Assembly: GCA_050746065.1 (NCBI GenBank)
Contig: JBOGLL010000310.1
Location: 1 to 26,125 of the forward strand
DNA: 26,125 nt
DNA from: Terriglobales bacterium
GTDB lineage: Bacteria; Acidobacteriota; Terriglobia; Terriglobales; Acidobacteriaceae
Reading direction: 5' to 3'
Part shown: positions 8,615 through 17,792 of the stretch, piece after piece
Layout: every line of letters starts with the position of its first letter
How positions within the stretch are numbered: position 1 is the stretch's first letter
Notes under the pieces: generated by a model
What the model saw: the letters and a program-made list of their open reading frames with translations, nothing else
Databases searched by the model: none
What the model was told of the DNA's origin: nothing
Program-made: the position numbers and the translations under genes

Positions 8615-8667
8615 CAAAACGCCGTGAGGCGGCGCGAAGGAGTGGAGAGAAGCAGGCTGACGCCTGC
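8615..8667 (-). terminator. Candidate terminator hairpins after the OPX gene
   Basis: Minus strand: GCAGGC-GTCA-GCCTGC followed by TTCTCT, then CGCCG-CCTCA-CGGCG followed by TTTTG. Confidence 0.35.
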
Positions 8668-8722
8668 GATGAAAGGCGATCCTGCCATTACGAGGCTTGC
8701 GCGGCAGGAGCGGTTCGGTTGG

Positions 8723-9718
8723 CTAACGCCCCCCGAAAACGGCGATGCCCGTAGCAATCTGCAAGAGAGCATTGAGCGTGCGGTTGGCTACATGCTTGCC
8801 CGTGCTGGCTGGAACGAAAACGATGTCTCCTTCCTGTAAGGTGACGTCCGGCGCCTTGGCCTGGAGGATCGCCTTCAACTGCAGGGGAATCTCCTGGTAG
8901 CCGCTGGGACCGCGGCGGATGATGCGGGCGCCTCCAAGGGCCGCTTCTTTCTTGATTCCCTGGGCTATGGCGATGGCCTGCAGCACACTGAGATTCTCTC
9001 GGTCCTCCAGGAGAATGCCCTTGGGAAAGTTGACCTCCCCGATCACATACACCACTCCCGCCTTGGCGACCACGATCGTATCGCCGGGGTAAATGGCTAC
9101 ATTGGTCTCCGCCGACTTTTCCGGATCCTGCGACCAGAGGACGGCCACCGGATCCTGCGGTCGGTCGCGGTGAGTGATCGAGATTAAACTTCCCGCCTTG
9201 TCGCTGCGACCCCCCGCAGCCGCCAGGGCGTCGAAGAGCCGCCGTTGCCCCAGCAGCGGGTAAATGCCAGGCCGTGCTACCTCGCCCAGCACGGAAACGC
9301 CGCTGGTGGCATATTCGCGGATCAGGATGGAAACATGCGGCTCTTTCAGGAAGCCACCCTCGATCAGGCTCTTTTCAATACTTGCCTGGGCCTCGTCCGG
9401 GGTGAGCCCTTCCACCTTCAGACGTCCCACTAGCGGGAGGTAGACTTCGCCGTCATTGCTGACGCGGACCTGCTGGGAAAGTTCCTCGACACCGTACACT
9501 CTGATATCCAGCAAGTCACCACCGCCGATACGGAGCGCACTCGGATCAGGACTCGCGGGCGGAGCCGCTGGCTTGTCGATGACAGTGATTTCAGGGGCGA
9601 CCGGTGTGGACACAGGTGCAGGGCTCGGCGAATCCTGCGCGGCCAACGCGACCGCGAATGCGCTGCCTACCAGCGCCCAGACCGCGCTTCGGAACCAAAG
9701 CCGATGTGCTGATTCCAT
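8723..9718 (-). CDS. Polysaccharide biosynthesis/export protein (OPX/Wza-like; Poly_export plus two SLBB domains)
   Basis: Signal peptide and Pro-rich linker, then IGGGDLL.I.V...V..DG.V.LPLVG...V.GLT, VSVLGEV.RPG.Y, VYVIGEV..P and LQEGDIVFVP. Start is uncertain (9718, 9736 or 9751). Confidence 0.88.
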   Translation of the reverse strand: MESAHRLWFRSAVWALVGSAFAVALAAQDSPSPAPVSTPVAPEITVIDKPAAPPASPDPSALRIGGGDLLDIRVYGVEELSQQVRVSNDGEVYLPLVGRLKVEGLTPDEAQASIEKSLIEGGFLKEPHVSILIREYATSGVSVLGEVARPGIYPLLGQRRLFDALAAAGGRSDKAGSLISITHRDRPQDPVAVLWSQDPEKSAETNVAIYPGDTIVVAKAGVVYVIGEVNFPKGILLEDRENLSVLQAIAIAQGIKKEAALGGARIIRRGPSGYQEIPLQLKAILQAKAPDVTLQEGDIVFVPASTGKHVANRTLNALLQIATGIAVFGGR

Positions 9719-9769
9719 GTGAAAAACTTGGGGCATGAGACAAAACCTCAATAATGGAGCAAGGCACGA

Positions 9770-9826
9770 AGTCTAGCATATCCTTGACGCGAGAGCGGGC
9801 GCAGCTGCCATGTCGCTTGCTAAACT
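9770..9826. promoter_or_regulatory. Back-to-back extended -10 promoter candidates of the divergent glycan arms
   Basis: Minus strand TGcTAGACT (9770-9778) points toward the OPX gene; plus strand TGcTAAACT (9818-9826) points toward the GT4 gene. Confidence 0.45.
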
Positions 9827-9895
9827 AGTGGCCTTTCAAGGATTGAGAACCGCTGCGCCTCGGGAGATTCACGTCTTCTAATCCGCGCAGCCAGA

Positions 9896-11059
9896 ATGCG
9901 CAGGTGGAGTCCCTTGATACGACTGGTGATTGATGCCTCTCAGATCCGGAGTGGCGGTGGTCTGACGCACCTGACGCAGTTGCTGCACGCTGCCGATCCG
10001 GGTTCGTTCGGCATCGAGAGAGTTCAAGTCTGGAGCCCGCGCAAGACCCTGGAACAGCTCCCGAGCCGGCCCTGGCTTGTGCCGTGCCATCACCCGCTGC
10101 TCGAGCATGGCGTGGCCCAGCGTGCCTACTGGCAGCGAAAAGTGCTTCCCAGAGTAGCTCCTCGGGACCAAGCCTTCCTGTTTGTACCCGGTGGAATCTA
10201 TGTCGGACCTTCGCGTCCCTATGTAACCATGTTGCAGAACCTTCTGCCGTCGAGCGCAGCCGAGCGTGGGCGCTATCGTTATTCGCGACTATGGGTCCGC
10301 CTGCTGCTGTTGCGCTGGGCCCATGTCCGCACGCTGGCGTGCGCGCGGGGTGTGATTTTCCTCAATCAACATAGCCAGAACCAGTTCGGCTGCCGCAACG
10401 GCATTCCGCGGTGGCGGTCGCGGGTGATCTGCCACGGCGTGGACGATCGCTTCCGCCGGGAGCCCAGAGTGCCGCGAGCGATTTCCCGCTGCACCGCCGC
10501 CGATCCCTTTCGCTTGCTGTACGTTTCCAGCATCGACCTCTACAAACATCAGTGGAATGTGGTGGAAGCCGTTGGTCTGCTGCGGCGCAAGGGACTTCCG
10601 GTGGCCCTGGAACTGGTAGGTGCAGCCGCGCCGCTCGCGGAGCCACGCCTGCGATCGGCCATCGCTCGTGTCGACCCTCAAGGAAGTTTTGTCAGCTACC
10701 GAGGGCTGGCCCCTTACGTTGAACTTCCCGCCACGTATCACCAGGCGGACGCCTTCGTCTTTGCCTCAAGCTGCGAAGGCTTTCCCATCACGCTGGCGGA
10801 GGCCATGGGGGCGGGGCTGCCCATCGCCTGCTCGCGTTGCGATCCCCTACCCGAAGTTCTGGGCGACGGCGGCGTGTATTTTCACCCAGAGTCGCCCGGG
10901 GACATTGCTGCGGCGCTGGAGACGCTGTTACTCGATCTCGAGCTGCGGACGCGAATCGCTTGGGCTGCCTACAACCGCGCCCGGCAATACACATGGCAGC
11001 GCTGCGCCCAGCAGACCTTCGCATTTCTTGCGGAGGTGGCGCAGCGCGAAGGGCAGTAG
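9896..11059 (+). CDS. Glycosyltransferase family 4
   Basis: GGG..H N-terminus, ICHGVD, LLYVS....YK, FVFASSCEGFPITLAEAMGAGLPIACS (EX7E). Confidence 0.9.
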   Translation: MRRWSPLIRLVIDASQIRSGGGLTHLTQLLHAADPGSFGIERVQVWSPRKTLEQLPSRPWLVPCHHPLLEHGVAQRAYWQRKVLPRVAPRDQAFLFVPGGIYVGPSRPYVTMLQNLLPSSAAERGRYRYSRLWVRLLLLRWAHVRTLACARGVIFLNQHSQNQFGCRNGIPRWRSRVICHGVDDRFRREPRVPRAISRCTAADPFRLLYVSSIDLYKHQWNVVEAVGLLRRKGLPVALELVGAAAPLAEPRLRSAIARVDPQGSFVSYRGLAPYVELPATYHQADAFVFASSCEGFPITLAEAMGAGLPIACSRCDPLPEVLGDGGVYFHPESPGDIAAALETLLLDLELRTRIAWAAYNRARQYTWQRCAQQTFAFLAEVAQREGQ

Positions 11060-11155
11060 AAAAAAGGCGGCGAGCGGCGGCTCGGTGGCGAGGTGTATCA
11101 TCCCAACGGTGTAATCACAGTCTTTCTGTATGCAACGCTTGCTGCCTTGCGAAGG

Positions 11156-12157
11156 ATGAGAGACACACGGTTGGGCAACATTGTCGTGACTGGGGGCGCC
11201 GGCGCCATCGGATCCCGCCTGGTGGCCCGCCTGCTCCGCGAAGATCCAGAGTCCATCCTGGTCATCGACGATCTTTCCTCCGGCTACGACTGGTTGCTAC
11301 CCGAGGACGCGCGCGTGCGGCTGCTGCGCATGGACGTTGCCGACCTGCCCGCTTCCGGGTTGCACGTCGAGCAGCCGCTGGTGTTCCATCTGGCGGCTCT
11401 CTTTGCCAACCAGAACAGCGTGGATCATCCGCTCGAGGACCTGCACACGAACGGACAAGGCACGCTGGCTACGATCCTGTGGGCTCGCGACAACCGCGCC
11501 TCGCGTCTGGTATATGCCTCGGCGGGCTGCTCCATCGCTGGCCACGACGTCGAAACTTCCGTCCGCGAAGACCTGCCCGTCAGCCTGTATCTCGATACGC
11601 CCTATCAGATCACCAAGGCCCTGGGCGAGTTCTACTGCAATTACTTCAACGCCGAACTGAGCACCGTACGCATGCGCTTCTTCAACTCCTACGGGCCGGG
11701 GGAGGTTCCGGGTCACTACCGCAACGTGATTCCGAACTTCATCTGGCGGGCGCTACACAACCAGCCGCTGGTCATCACGGGCACCGGGGAGGAGACTCGC
11801 GACTTCATATTTGTGGACGACCTGGTGGAAGGACTGGTGCTCGCCGGGCGCATCCAGGAAGCGGTCGGCGAAGCCTTCAACCTGGGTACCGGGAACCAGA
11901 CGCGCATCTTGGATCTGGCCCGCATGGCGATAGACGTATGCGGGTCGTCGAGCTCCACCGAAATGGCGCCGCGCCGTGCCTGGGACCACAGCTTGCGCCG
12001 CCAGGCGGACATCAGCCGCGCTCGTCGCGTCCTGGGCTTTGCGCCCAACGTCGGCCTGCGCCAGGGCCTGGAGCAGACGGTTGAGTGGTTCCGCGCGCAC
12101 CGCGAGCGTATCGCGCGTCACGTTGGACTGCCCAAGGAAGGGGGCGTCCGAGTATGA
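11156..12157 (+). CDS. NAD-dependent NDP-sugar epimerase/dehydratase
   Basis: TGGAGAIG, DDLSSG, HLAA.FANQNSVDHP, YQITK (YxxxK), RFFNSYGP, G.ETRDFIFV; ATG 11156 preferred over the track's 11093. Confidence 0.9.
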   Translation: MRDTRLGNIVVTGGAGAIGSRLVARLLREDPESILVIDDLSSGYDWLLPEDARVRLLRMDVADLPASGLHVEQPLVFHLAALFANQNSVDHPLEDLHTNGQGTLATILWARDNRASRLVYASAGCSIAGHDVETSVREDLPVSLYLDTPYQITKALGEFYCNYFNAELSTVRMRFFNSYGPGEVPGHYRNVIPNFIWRALHNQPLVITGTGEETRDFIFVDDLVEGLVLAGRIQEAVGEAFNLGTGNQTRILDLARMAIDVCGSSSSTEMAPRRAWDHSLRRQADISRARRVLGFAPNVGLRQGLEQTVEWFRAHRERIARHVGLPKEGGVRV

Positions 12158-13245
12158 AGATCCTGGTCACCGGCGCGGCGGGCTTTATCGGCTCCCATGT
12201 TGTCGACACCTTTTGCCGGGCCGGTGCCGAGGTGATCGGCCTGGACTCGCTGGATCCCGGTGTTCATCAGCGCCCCCCGGACTATCTCCGCTCCGACGTG
12301 CGTTATTGTTTCGCCGATCTGCGCTACTGGGAGCCCGAGGCGAGTTTCGATGACGTGGAAGTCGTCGTGCACCTGGCGTCGCTGGGGGGCGTGTCGCGTG
12401 CAGCGCGCGAGCCGGGGAACATCCTGGGCGCCAACTGCCTGGGAACCTCCCGCCTGATGGACGCGGCGCGCCAGTGGCCAAAGTTGCGCCGCATCATCCT
12501 GGGCAGCAGCTTCAGCGTGTACGGCTCCAATTACGAATACGTGTGCCCGGAGTGCCACGCGCGCACCACAGCCGAGCGGCGCGTCGAGGATCTTGATCAG
12601 GGTACTTTTGATGTGCTCTGTCCCCGATGTCGCTCGGCAACGGAGATTCAACCCATCCGCGAGGTGGCTCCACCCAGCCCTCTGGAAACCTACGGTGCTT
12701 CGAAGTACATGCAAGAGCTTTGCTTCCGCGGATTCGAGCGCGCCCCCGTGAGTATCCTGCGCTTCTCTTCCGTCTACGGAACTCGCCTGCGGCTGGACGA
12801 CAACGAGGCGACTATCGTCGCGCGTCTTGCCGGCTGGATTCGAGATGGTGTGCAGCCCCGGCTCTACGAAGACGGCAGGCAGATTCGCGACTGGGTGCTG
12901 GTCGATGACCTGGTCGAAGCCATCGTGCGGCTGGCGGTCGGCGCCCAAGCACCCACGGTGATGAACGTCTGCTCCGGCAAGCCCACAACTCTGCTCGAAG
13001 CCTGTCGCTACCTTGCGGACGCGCTGGGCGTGACCTGCGAGCCCCAGGTGATCGGCGGTTACCGGGCGGGTGACATGCGTCACTGCCTAGGCGACGCTTC
13101 GCATCTGCGCGCCCTGCTGGGCCGCGATCCGATTGCCTTCCAACACGGCGTCGTGCTAGCCTTCGGCCCGCAGAATTCGAGCCGTTCCCATCGCTCCGAT
13201 GAGTCGCTCGTGACGGAGATTTTCCAGAAATGTGTGGAATCCTAA
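12154..13245 (+). CDS. NAD-dependent NDP-sugar epimerase/dehydratase with CxxC-CxxC insertion
   Basis: MKILVTGAAGFIGSH, SSFSVYG, CPECH...CPRC, YGASK, EDGRQIRDW and RAGDMRH motifs; ATGA overlap with the upstream gene. Confidence 0.9.
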   Translation: MKILVTGAAGFIGSHVVDTFCRAGAEVIGLDSLDPGVHQRPPDYLRSDVRYCFADLRYWEPEASFDDVEVVVHLASLGGVSRAAREPGNILGANCLGTSRLMDAARQWPKLRRIILGSSFSVYGSNYEYVCPECHARTTAERRVEDLDQGTFDVLCPRCRSATEIQPIREVAPPSPLETYGASKYMQELCFRGFERAPVSILRFSSVYGTRLRLDDNEATIVARLAGWIRDGVQPRLYEDGRQIRDWVLVDDLVEAIVRLAVGAQAPTVMNVCSGKPTTLLEACRYLADALGVTCEPQVIGGYRAGDMRHCLGDASHLRALLGRDPIAFQHGVVLAFGPQNSSRSHRSDESLVTEIFQKCVES

Positions 13246-15020
13246 TAACGTCGGGGCTTGACTCGCCGTTTCATCATCGCCTGATGGCAGGGCTTCGCCG
13301 GCGCGGTCCGGATCAGATCGGCTTCTGGGTGGACTCCAGCGTACAGATGGCGCACGCCCGCCTCTCCATCCTCGGGTTGGACGAGCGTAGCAGTGAGCCC
13401 ATCGAGAACGAGACTCACGTCCTGGCCTTCAACGGCGAGATTTACAACTTTCTCGACCTCCAGCGTCGCCTGCAGGCGGAGGGCATCCCGGTGCAGGGCT
13501 CCAACGACGCCCTCGTGCTGTTGCAGGCCTGGAGTCGGTGGGGCCCGGCGGTGCTGCGCGACCTTCATGGCTTCTGGGCCTTCGTCGTCTACGACAAGGC
13601 CAGGCGTACGCTGACTCTGGTGCGGGACCAGTTCGGGGTGAAGCCCCTGTACTACTGGGTAGCCGGCGGCGGAGCGTGCGTTTCCTCGCTGCTGGCTAGC
13701 CTCGTCGATGTTGTCCCTGAGAGGCTGGAACTGGACTACGCAGCCCTCTCTGCGTACGTCCGTTACCAGTTCACCTTCGGAGAGAAGACTTTCTTCCGGC
13801 ACGTGTCCAAGGTACTGCCCGGGCACTGTGTCGAGATACACCTGGGTTCGGGGGAGGTTCGAGATACGTGCTACGAAGACATCTTCGCACCGGCCAACGC
13901 CGAACCGCAGACCATAAGTCCTGAGTGGATAAGGGAGACCCGCGACTTGGTGCGCGAGTGCATCCTCGAGTCCACCATCAGCGACACGCCGTATACCACC
14001 TGCTGCAGCGGAGGGCTGGATTCCGGCCTGATCACCTTGATCGCACGCCCGGAGATGGCCTACCACTGCAACTACTCCGATCCCGAGTGCAATGAAACCT
14101 TTTACGCACGCCAGGTGGTGCAGGGAACTCCCATCCGGCTGTTCGTAGTCAACGCGCTCGAGGACTTCAACCTGGTGGAACGGCTGCGCTCCATCGTCGA
14201 GGACTTCGACGAGCCCACCATAGGCTCTGTCATCCTGCCGCTCGACGACCTCTTGGCTCAGGTGAAACGCCGCTACAAGGTTCTCCTGACCGGCACCGGC
14301 GGCGACGAACTCTTCAGCGGCTACGTGCGCTACCAACTGGCGATGGGCGAGTGTTACCAGGATTCGTACAAGCTGCTGTTCGCCCGTATGCAACTGCTCC
14401 GGTCCCCCGAAGAGCGCTTCGAGTTCGCCCATCGTAAGGGCGACCCGGCGCTCTACAACTTCTATGAGCCGGAGGCCGAGGCCGTGTTCCGCGCTGCATA
14501 TGGCGCCTGCCGGCACAACGGAGACGACCTCGGGGCCATGCTGCGCTTCGACCGTCGTTATTTCCTGACCGGACTGCTCAACATTGACGACAAGATGGGG
14601 GGCCGGCATTCGCTCGAGAGCCGCCCCAGCCTCCTGCACCAGAAGCTGGTGCGGCACATGCAGCGCCTCGACTGCCGCGATCTGATGAGGGGTCCCGACC
14701 TTAAGGCCGTGTTGCGTGCGGTTTCCGCCGACTTGTTGCCCAAGTCGGTCCTCCACCGCACCGACAAGATGGGATTCACCACTCCGGTCGGCGACTTCAT
14801 CAACCGGAATGCCGATCACATCCGCGAGCAGATCGCCTCCTCGCCCTTTCGCCACCTCTACAATCTGCACAAGCTGACCTTCACCGCAGAGTCCAAGTTC
14901 TCACGCGAGGTGTTCGGATTACTCTTGCTGGATCTGTGGTTGAACCGCTACGCGGGCCCGCGTTCGGGCCGGCCGGAGGTTAGTAGGGTCAACACCGGCG
15001 CGGTGGCCCGGGAACCGTAA
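13230..15020 (+). CDS. Asparagine synthase-like glutamine amidotransferase (probable sugar amidation)
   Basis: N-terminal MCGI (Ntn Cys), RGPD, RLSI, FNGEIYN, RDQFGVKPLYY, SGGLDS, TGTGGDELF.GY, D...SLESR and KMGF motifs; lies within a glycan locus. Confidence 0.88.
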   Translation: MCGILITSGLDSPFHHRLMAGLRRRGPDQIGFWVDSSVQMAHARLSILGLDERSSEPIENETHVLAFNGEIYNFLDLQRRLQAEGIPVQGSNDALVLLQAWSRWGPAVLRDLHGFWAFVVYDKARRTLTLVRDQFGVKPLYYWVAGGGACVSSLLASLVDVVPERLELDYAALSAYVRYQFTFGEKTFFRHVSKVLPGHCVEIHLGSGEVRDTCYEDIFAPANAEPQTISPEWIRETRDLVRECILESTISDTPYTTCCSGGLDSGLITLIARPEMAYHCNYSDPECNETFYARQVVQGTPIRLFVVNALEDFNLVERLRSIVEDFDEPTIGSVILPLDDLLAQVKRRYKVLLTGTGGDELFSGYVRYQLAMGECYQDSYKLLFARMQLLRSPEERFEFAHRKGDPALYNFYEPEAEAVFRAAYGACRHNGDDLGAMLRFDRRYFLTGLLNIDDKMGGRHSLESRPSLLHQKLVRHMQRLDCRDLMRGPDLKAVLRAVSADLLPKSVLHRTDKMGFTTPVGDFINRNADHIREQIASSPFRHLYNLHKLTFTAESKFSREVFGLLLLDLWLNRYAGPRSGRPEVSRVNTGAVAREP

Positions 15021-15030
15021 GCCCCCAGAC

Positions 15031-16269
15031 ATGCACGTCCTCTGCCTCACTCAGTGGTTCGTCCCGGAACCCGGCAGCACTCGCGGTCTTCCCATGGCCA
15101 AGTGGCTCCAGGCCCGCGGACACAAAGTCACTGTACTCACCGGTTTCCCGAACTATCCAATCGGGCGCATCTACCCTGGCTACCGTCTATCTTTCCGCCA
15201 GTGGGACGAAGTCGAGGGTGTGAACGTGTTGCGCGTTCCCCTGTACAGCAATCACGATCGCTCGGCCTTCCGAAGGACCCTGAACTACATGAGTTTTGCC
15301 GCTTCGGCATCGCTGATCGGGCTGCCCTCGGTGGGCAAAGTGGATGTCATCTACGGAATGTCCACGCCTCCCACGGTGGGTCTTCCTCCACTGCTCGACC
15401 ATGTGTTCAATGGGGTGCCCTATGTTTTCAACGTGGCTGATATCTGGCCCGACGCGGTACGCGATTCCGGCATGATCGGAAACCGGTACATATACCGCGT
15501 TGCCGAAGCCTTTTTGAAATGGCTGTGCGCGACCGTGTACGCACATGCCGCCTACGTGACCACCATCACCGAGGGCTACAAGAAGATTCTCGTCGAACGT
15601 GGGGTGCCGGAACAGAAGGTTCACGCCATCTACAACTGGATTGACGAAAGTCTGCTTGCTCCTCAGCCGCGGGATAGTGCTTTGGCGCGGGACCTGGAGT
15701 TCGAGGGCAAGTTCACGTTTCTCTACGCCGGGAATCTGGGCGCGCTGCAGGGCTTGGATACGATCATCCGTGCTGCGGCCCTGCTCCAGCACGTTCACGA
15801 CATCCAGGTGATGTTCATGGGTTCCGGAGCACTTGAGGGTGAGCTTCGGCGCCTGGCCGCCGACCTGAATCTGTCAAACGTCCGCTTCGCGGGCACGTTC
15901 GACCAGCGCAAAATGCAGTTCATCTACCCGCTGGCGGAAGTGTTGCTTATCCACCTGAACGACGCACCCTACCTGCGGGCTACGGTGCCTGGAAAGACCC
16001 AGGCTTCGCTGGCGGTAGCGCGACCTGTGCTAATGGCTGCCCGCGGTGAGAGCGCAGAAATGATCCGAAAAGCCGGTGCAGGAATGACTTGCGCGCCTTC
16101 TCGCCCCGAGGAGCTTGCTGCTACTATGCTCGAGATGTACCACCTGGCGGTCCAGCAACGCGAGGCCATGGGCAGCCGGGGCCGCGAGTACTACCTCAAG
16201 AACATGTCTCTGGAGGTTGGAGCCGGCAGGATCGAACAGTTATTGCAATGGGCTGCCGCGAGCGCCTAG
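15031..16269 (+). CDS. Glycosyltransferase family 4 (WbuB-like)
   Basis: TQWF.PE, V.VLTGFPNYP.G, R.LNY.SF, DIWPD, IYNW, YAGNLG.LQGLD and VPGK motifs. Confidence 0.88.
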   Translation: MHVLCLTQWFVPEPGSTRGLPMAKWLQARGHKVTVLTGFPNYPIGRIYPGYRLSFRQWDEVEGVNVLRVPLYSNHDRSAFRRTLNYMSFAASASLIGLPSVGKVDVIYGMSTPPTVGLPPLLDHVFNGVPYVFNVADIWPDAVRDSGMIGNRYIYRVAEAFLKWLCATVYAHAAYVTTITEGYKKILVERGVPEQKVHAIYNWIDESLLAPQPRDSALARDLEFEGKFTFLYAGNLGALQGLDTIIRAAALLQHVHDIQVMFMGSGALEGELRRLAADLNLSNVRFAGTFDQRKMQFIYPLAEVLLIHLNDAPYLRATVPGKTQASLAVARPVLMAARGESAEMIRKAGAGMTCAPSRPEELAATMLEMYHLAVQQREAMGSRGREYYLKNMSLEVGAGRIEQLLQWAAASA

Positions 16270-16308
16270 TGTGGTTCCCGGGGACTTTGCAGGCGGCCGC
16301 GCCGGTTG

Positions 16309-16337
16309 TTGAACGTGGCCCGGCCAGGTTTTATAGT
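16309..16337 (+). promoter_or_regulatory. Sigma70-type internal promoter for the acetyltransferase/sugar transferase/aminotransferase module
   Basis: TTGAAC (16309-16314), 17-nt spacer, TATAGT (16332-16337). Confidence 0.65.
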
Positions 16338-16421
16338 GTCACGGAGATCGGCGGACTGTTGACGACTGTTCTTTCGGCATGAGCAGTCAACGTTTCCGGG
16401 AAACTTCCCGGACCCAGATCC

Positions 16422-17081
16422 ATGTACAGCAAGCAGATACTCATTTACGGCGCCGGAGGCATGGCTCGTGAAGTCGCCTGGCTAGTCCACAACTGTAGTC
16501 GGGACACGGCTGCGTACGAGATTGTGGGTTTCGTCGACGATAACCCGGCGATGCATGAGAAAATCCTTAATGGCATTCCCGTGACGGGCTTGCAGGTGGC
16601 CCGAGAGCGGTTTCCGGAAGCACATGTCGTCGGAGCCGTGGGTTCACCGGCCACCCGGCAACGGCTAATGGAAAAGGCGGCAGCATCTGGCTTTGCTTTC
16701 GAAACCGTCATCCACCCAGGGGTGGAGCGTTCCCGGTGGATCGACATCGGAGAAGGAACGGTGATTTGCGCTGGCAACATCCTTACCACCAACATCGTCC
16801 TGGGAAGGCACGTGCAGATCAACGTGGACTGCACGATTGCACACGACGTTATCATGGGCGAGTTTGCCACGCTGGCACCGGGAGTCCACGTGTCCGGCTG
16901 CGTGCAGTTAGGGCGCCGGGTCTACGTGGGCACTGGCGCGGTTCTGATCAACGGAACCCAGGATGCCCCTATCGTCGTGGGAGACGATGCCGTCATTGGT
17001 GCCGGCGCCTGTGTGACCAAGAACGTTCCTGCCGGAGTCACGGTGGTGGGCGTGCCGGCAAAACCGCTGGTCCGGTCATGA
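16422..17081 (+). CDS. NeuD/PglD/VioB-family sugar acetyltransferase (hexapeptide repeats)
   Basis: IYGAGG.AREV, GFVDD, IHP, IGEGTVI, TIAHD and hexapeptide repeats ending VVGVPAK. Confidence 0.9.
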   Translation: MYSKQILIYGAGGMAREVAWLVHNCSRDTAAYEIVGFVDDNPAMHEKILNGIPVTGLQVARERFPEAHVVGAVGSPATRQRLMEKAAASGFAFETVIHPGVERSRWIDIGEGTVICAGNILTTNIVLGRHVQINVDCTIAHDVIMGEFATLAPGVHVSGCVQLGRRVYVGTGAVLINGTQDAPIVVGDDAVIGAGACVTKNVPAGVTVVGVPAKPLVRS

Positions 17082-17713
17082 CCCCAGAGAGGCAAGGCTG
17101 GTACGCCCGTTTTGGCAAACGTGTCTTCGACCTGGCCCTGGCGTTACCGGTACTGCTCCTGCTTTTGCCGTTGCTTACCCTTGTGGCTTTGCTCGTGCGC
17201 CTTCGCTTGGGTGTGCCCATCTTGTTTAGCCAGGTTCGCCCCGGCTACGGTGAGCGGCCTTTCACGGTGTACAAATTTCGCACGATGACCGACGCCCGCG
17301 ATGCGCAAGGCTGGCCTCTGCCCGACGAGGAGCGGCTCACCACCTTAGGGTTGTTCTTGCGGCGCACCAGCCTCGATGAACTGCCGGAGCTGTGGAACGT
17401 TCTTCGCGGCGAAATGAGCCTGGTCGGACCACGGCCCTTGCTGATGCAATACTTGGAGCGCTACACGCCCGAGCAACGAAGACGCCACCTGGTGCTGCCC
17501 GGCATCACCGGCTGGGCGCAGGTGAATGGCCGCAACGCGCCCACCTGGGAGCAGAAATTTGCCTTCGACGTGTGGTACGTCGACCATGTGTCCCCTTGGC
17601 TCGACGCGAAAATCCTGGGCCTGACTCTTTGGAAAGTCCTGCTGCGGGAGGGGATCAACGAACCGGGCGTGGCCACCGCCCGCGAATTCACCGGCAAGGC
17701 GGGTCAGGGATAA
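17078..17713 (+). CDS. Initiating phosphoglycosyl transferase (PglC-like bacterial sugar transferase)
   Basis: KRVFDL plus hydrophobic helix, [51 protein letters not shown] and D.WY motifs; ATG 17078 overlaps the upstream stop. Confidence 0.93.
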   Translation: MTPERQGWYARFGKRVFDLALALPVLLLLLPLLTLVALLVRLRLGVPILFSQVRPGYGERPFTVYKFRTMTDARDAQGWPLPDEERLTTLGLFLRRTSLDELPELWNVLRGEMSLVGPRPLLMQYLERYTPEQRRRHLVLPGITGWAQVNGRNAPTWEQKFAFDVWYVDHVSPWLDAKILGLTLWKVLLREGINEPGVATAREFTGKAGQG

Positions 17714-17792
17714 GACCGATGCACATCCAGCGCAGCCCAGGCGCTTTTGCTGCCTGAACGTCAACCACTCGACAGAAAAGGAGCGGCCGCCC

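Noticed and set aside
13230..15020. Housekeeping asnB assignment
   Set aside because: It is embedded in and overlaps glycan genes, so sugar amidation is more likely; symbol withheld
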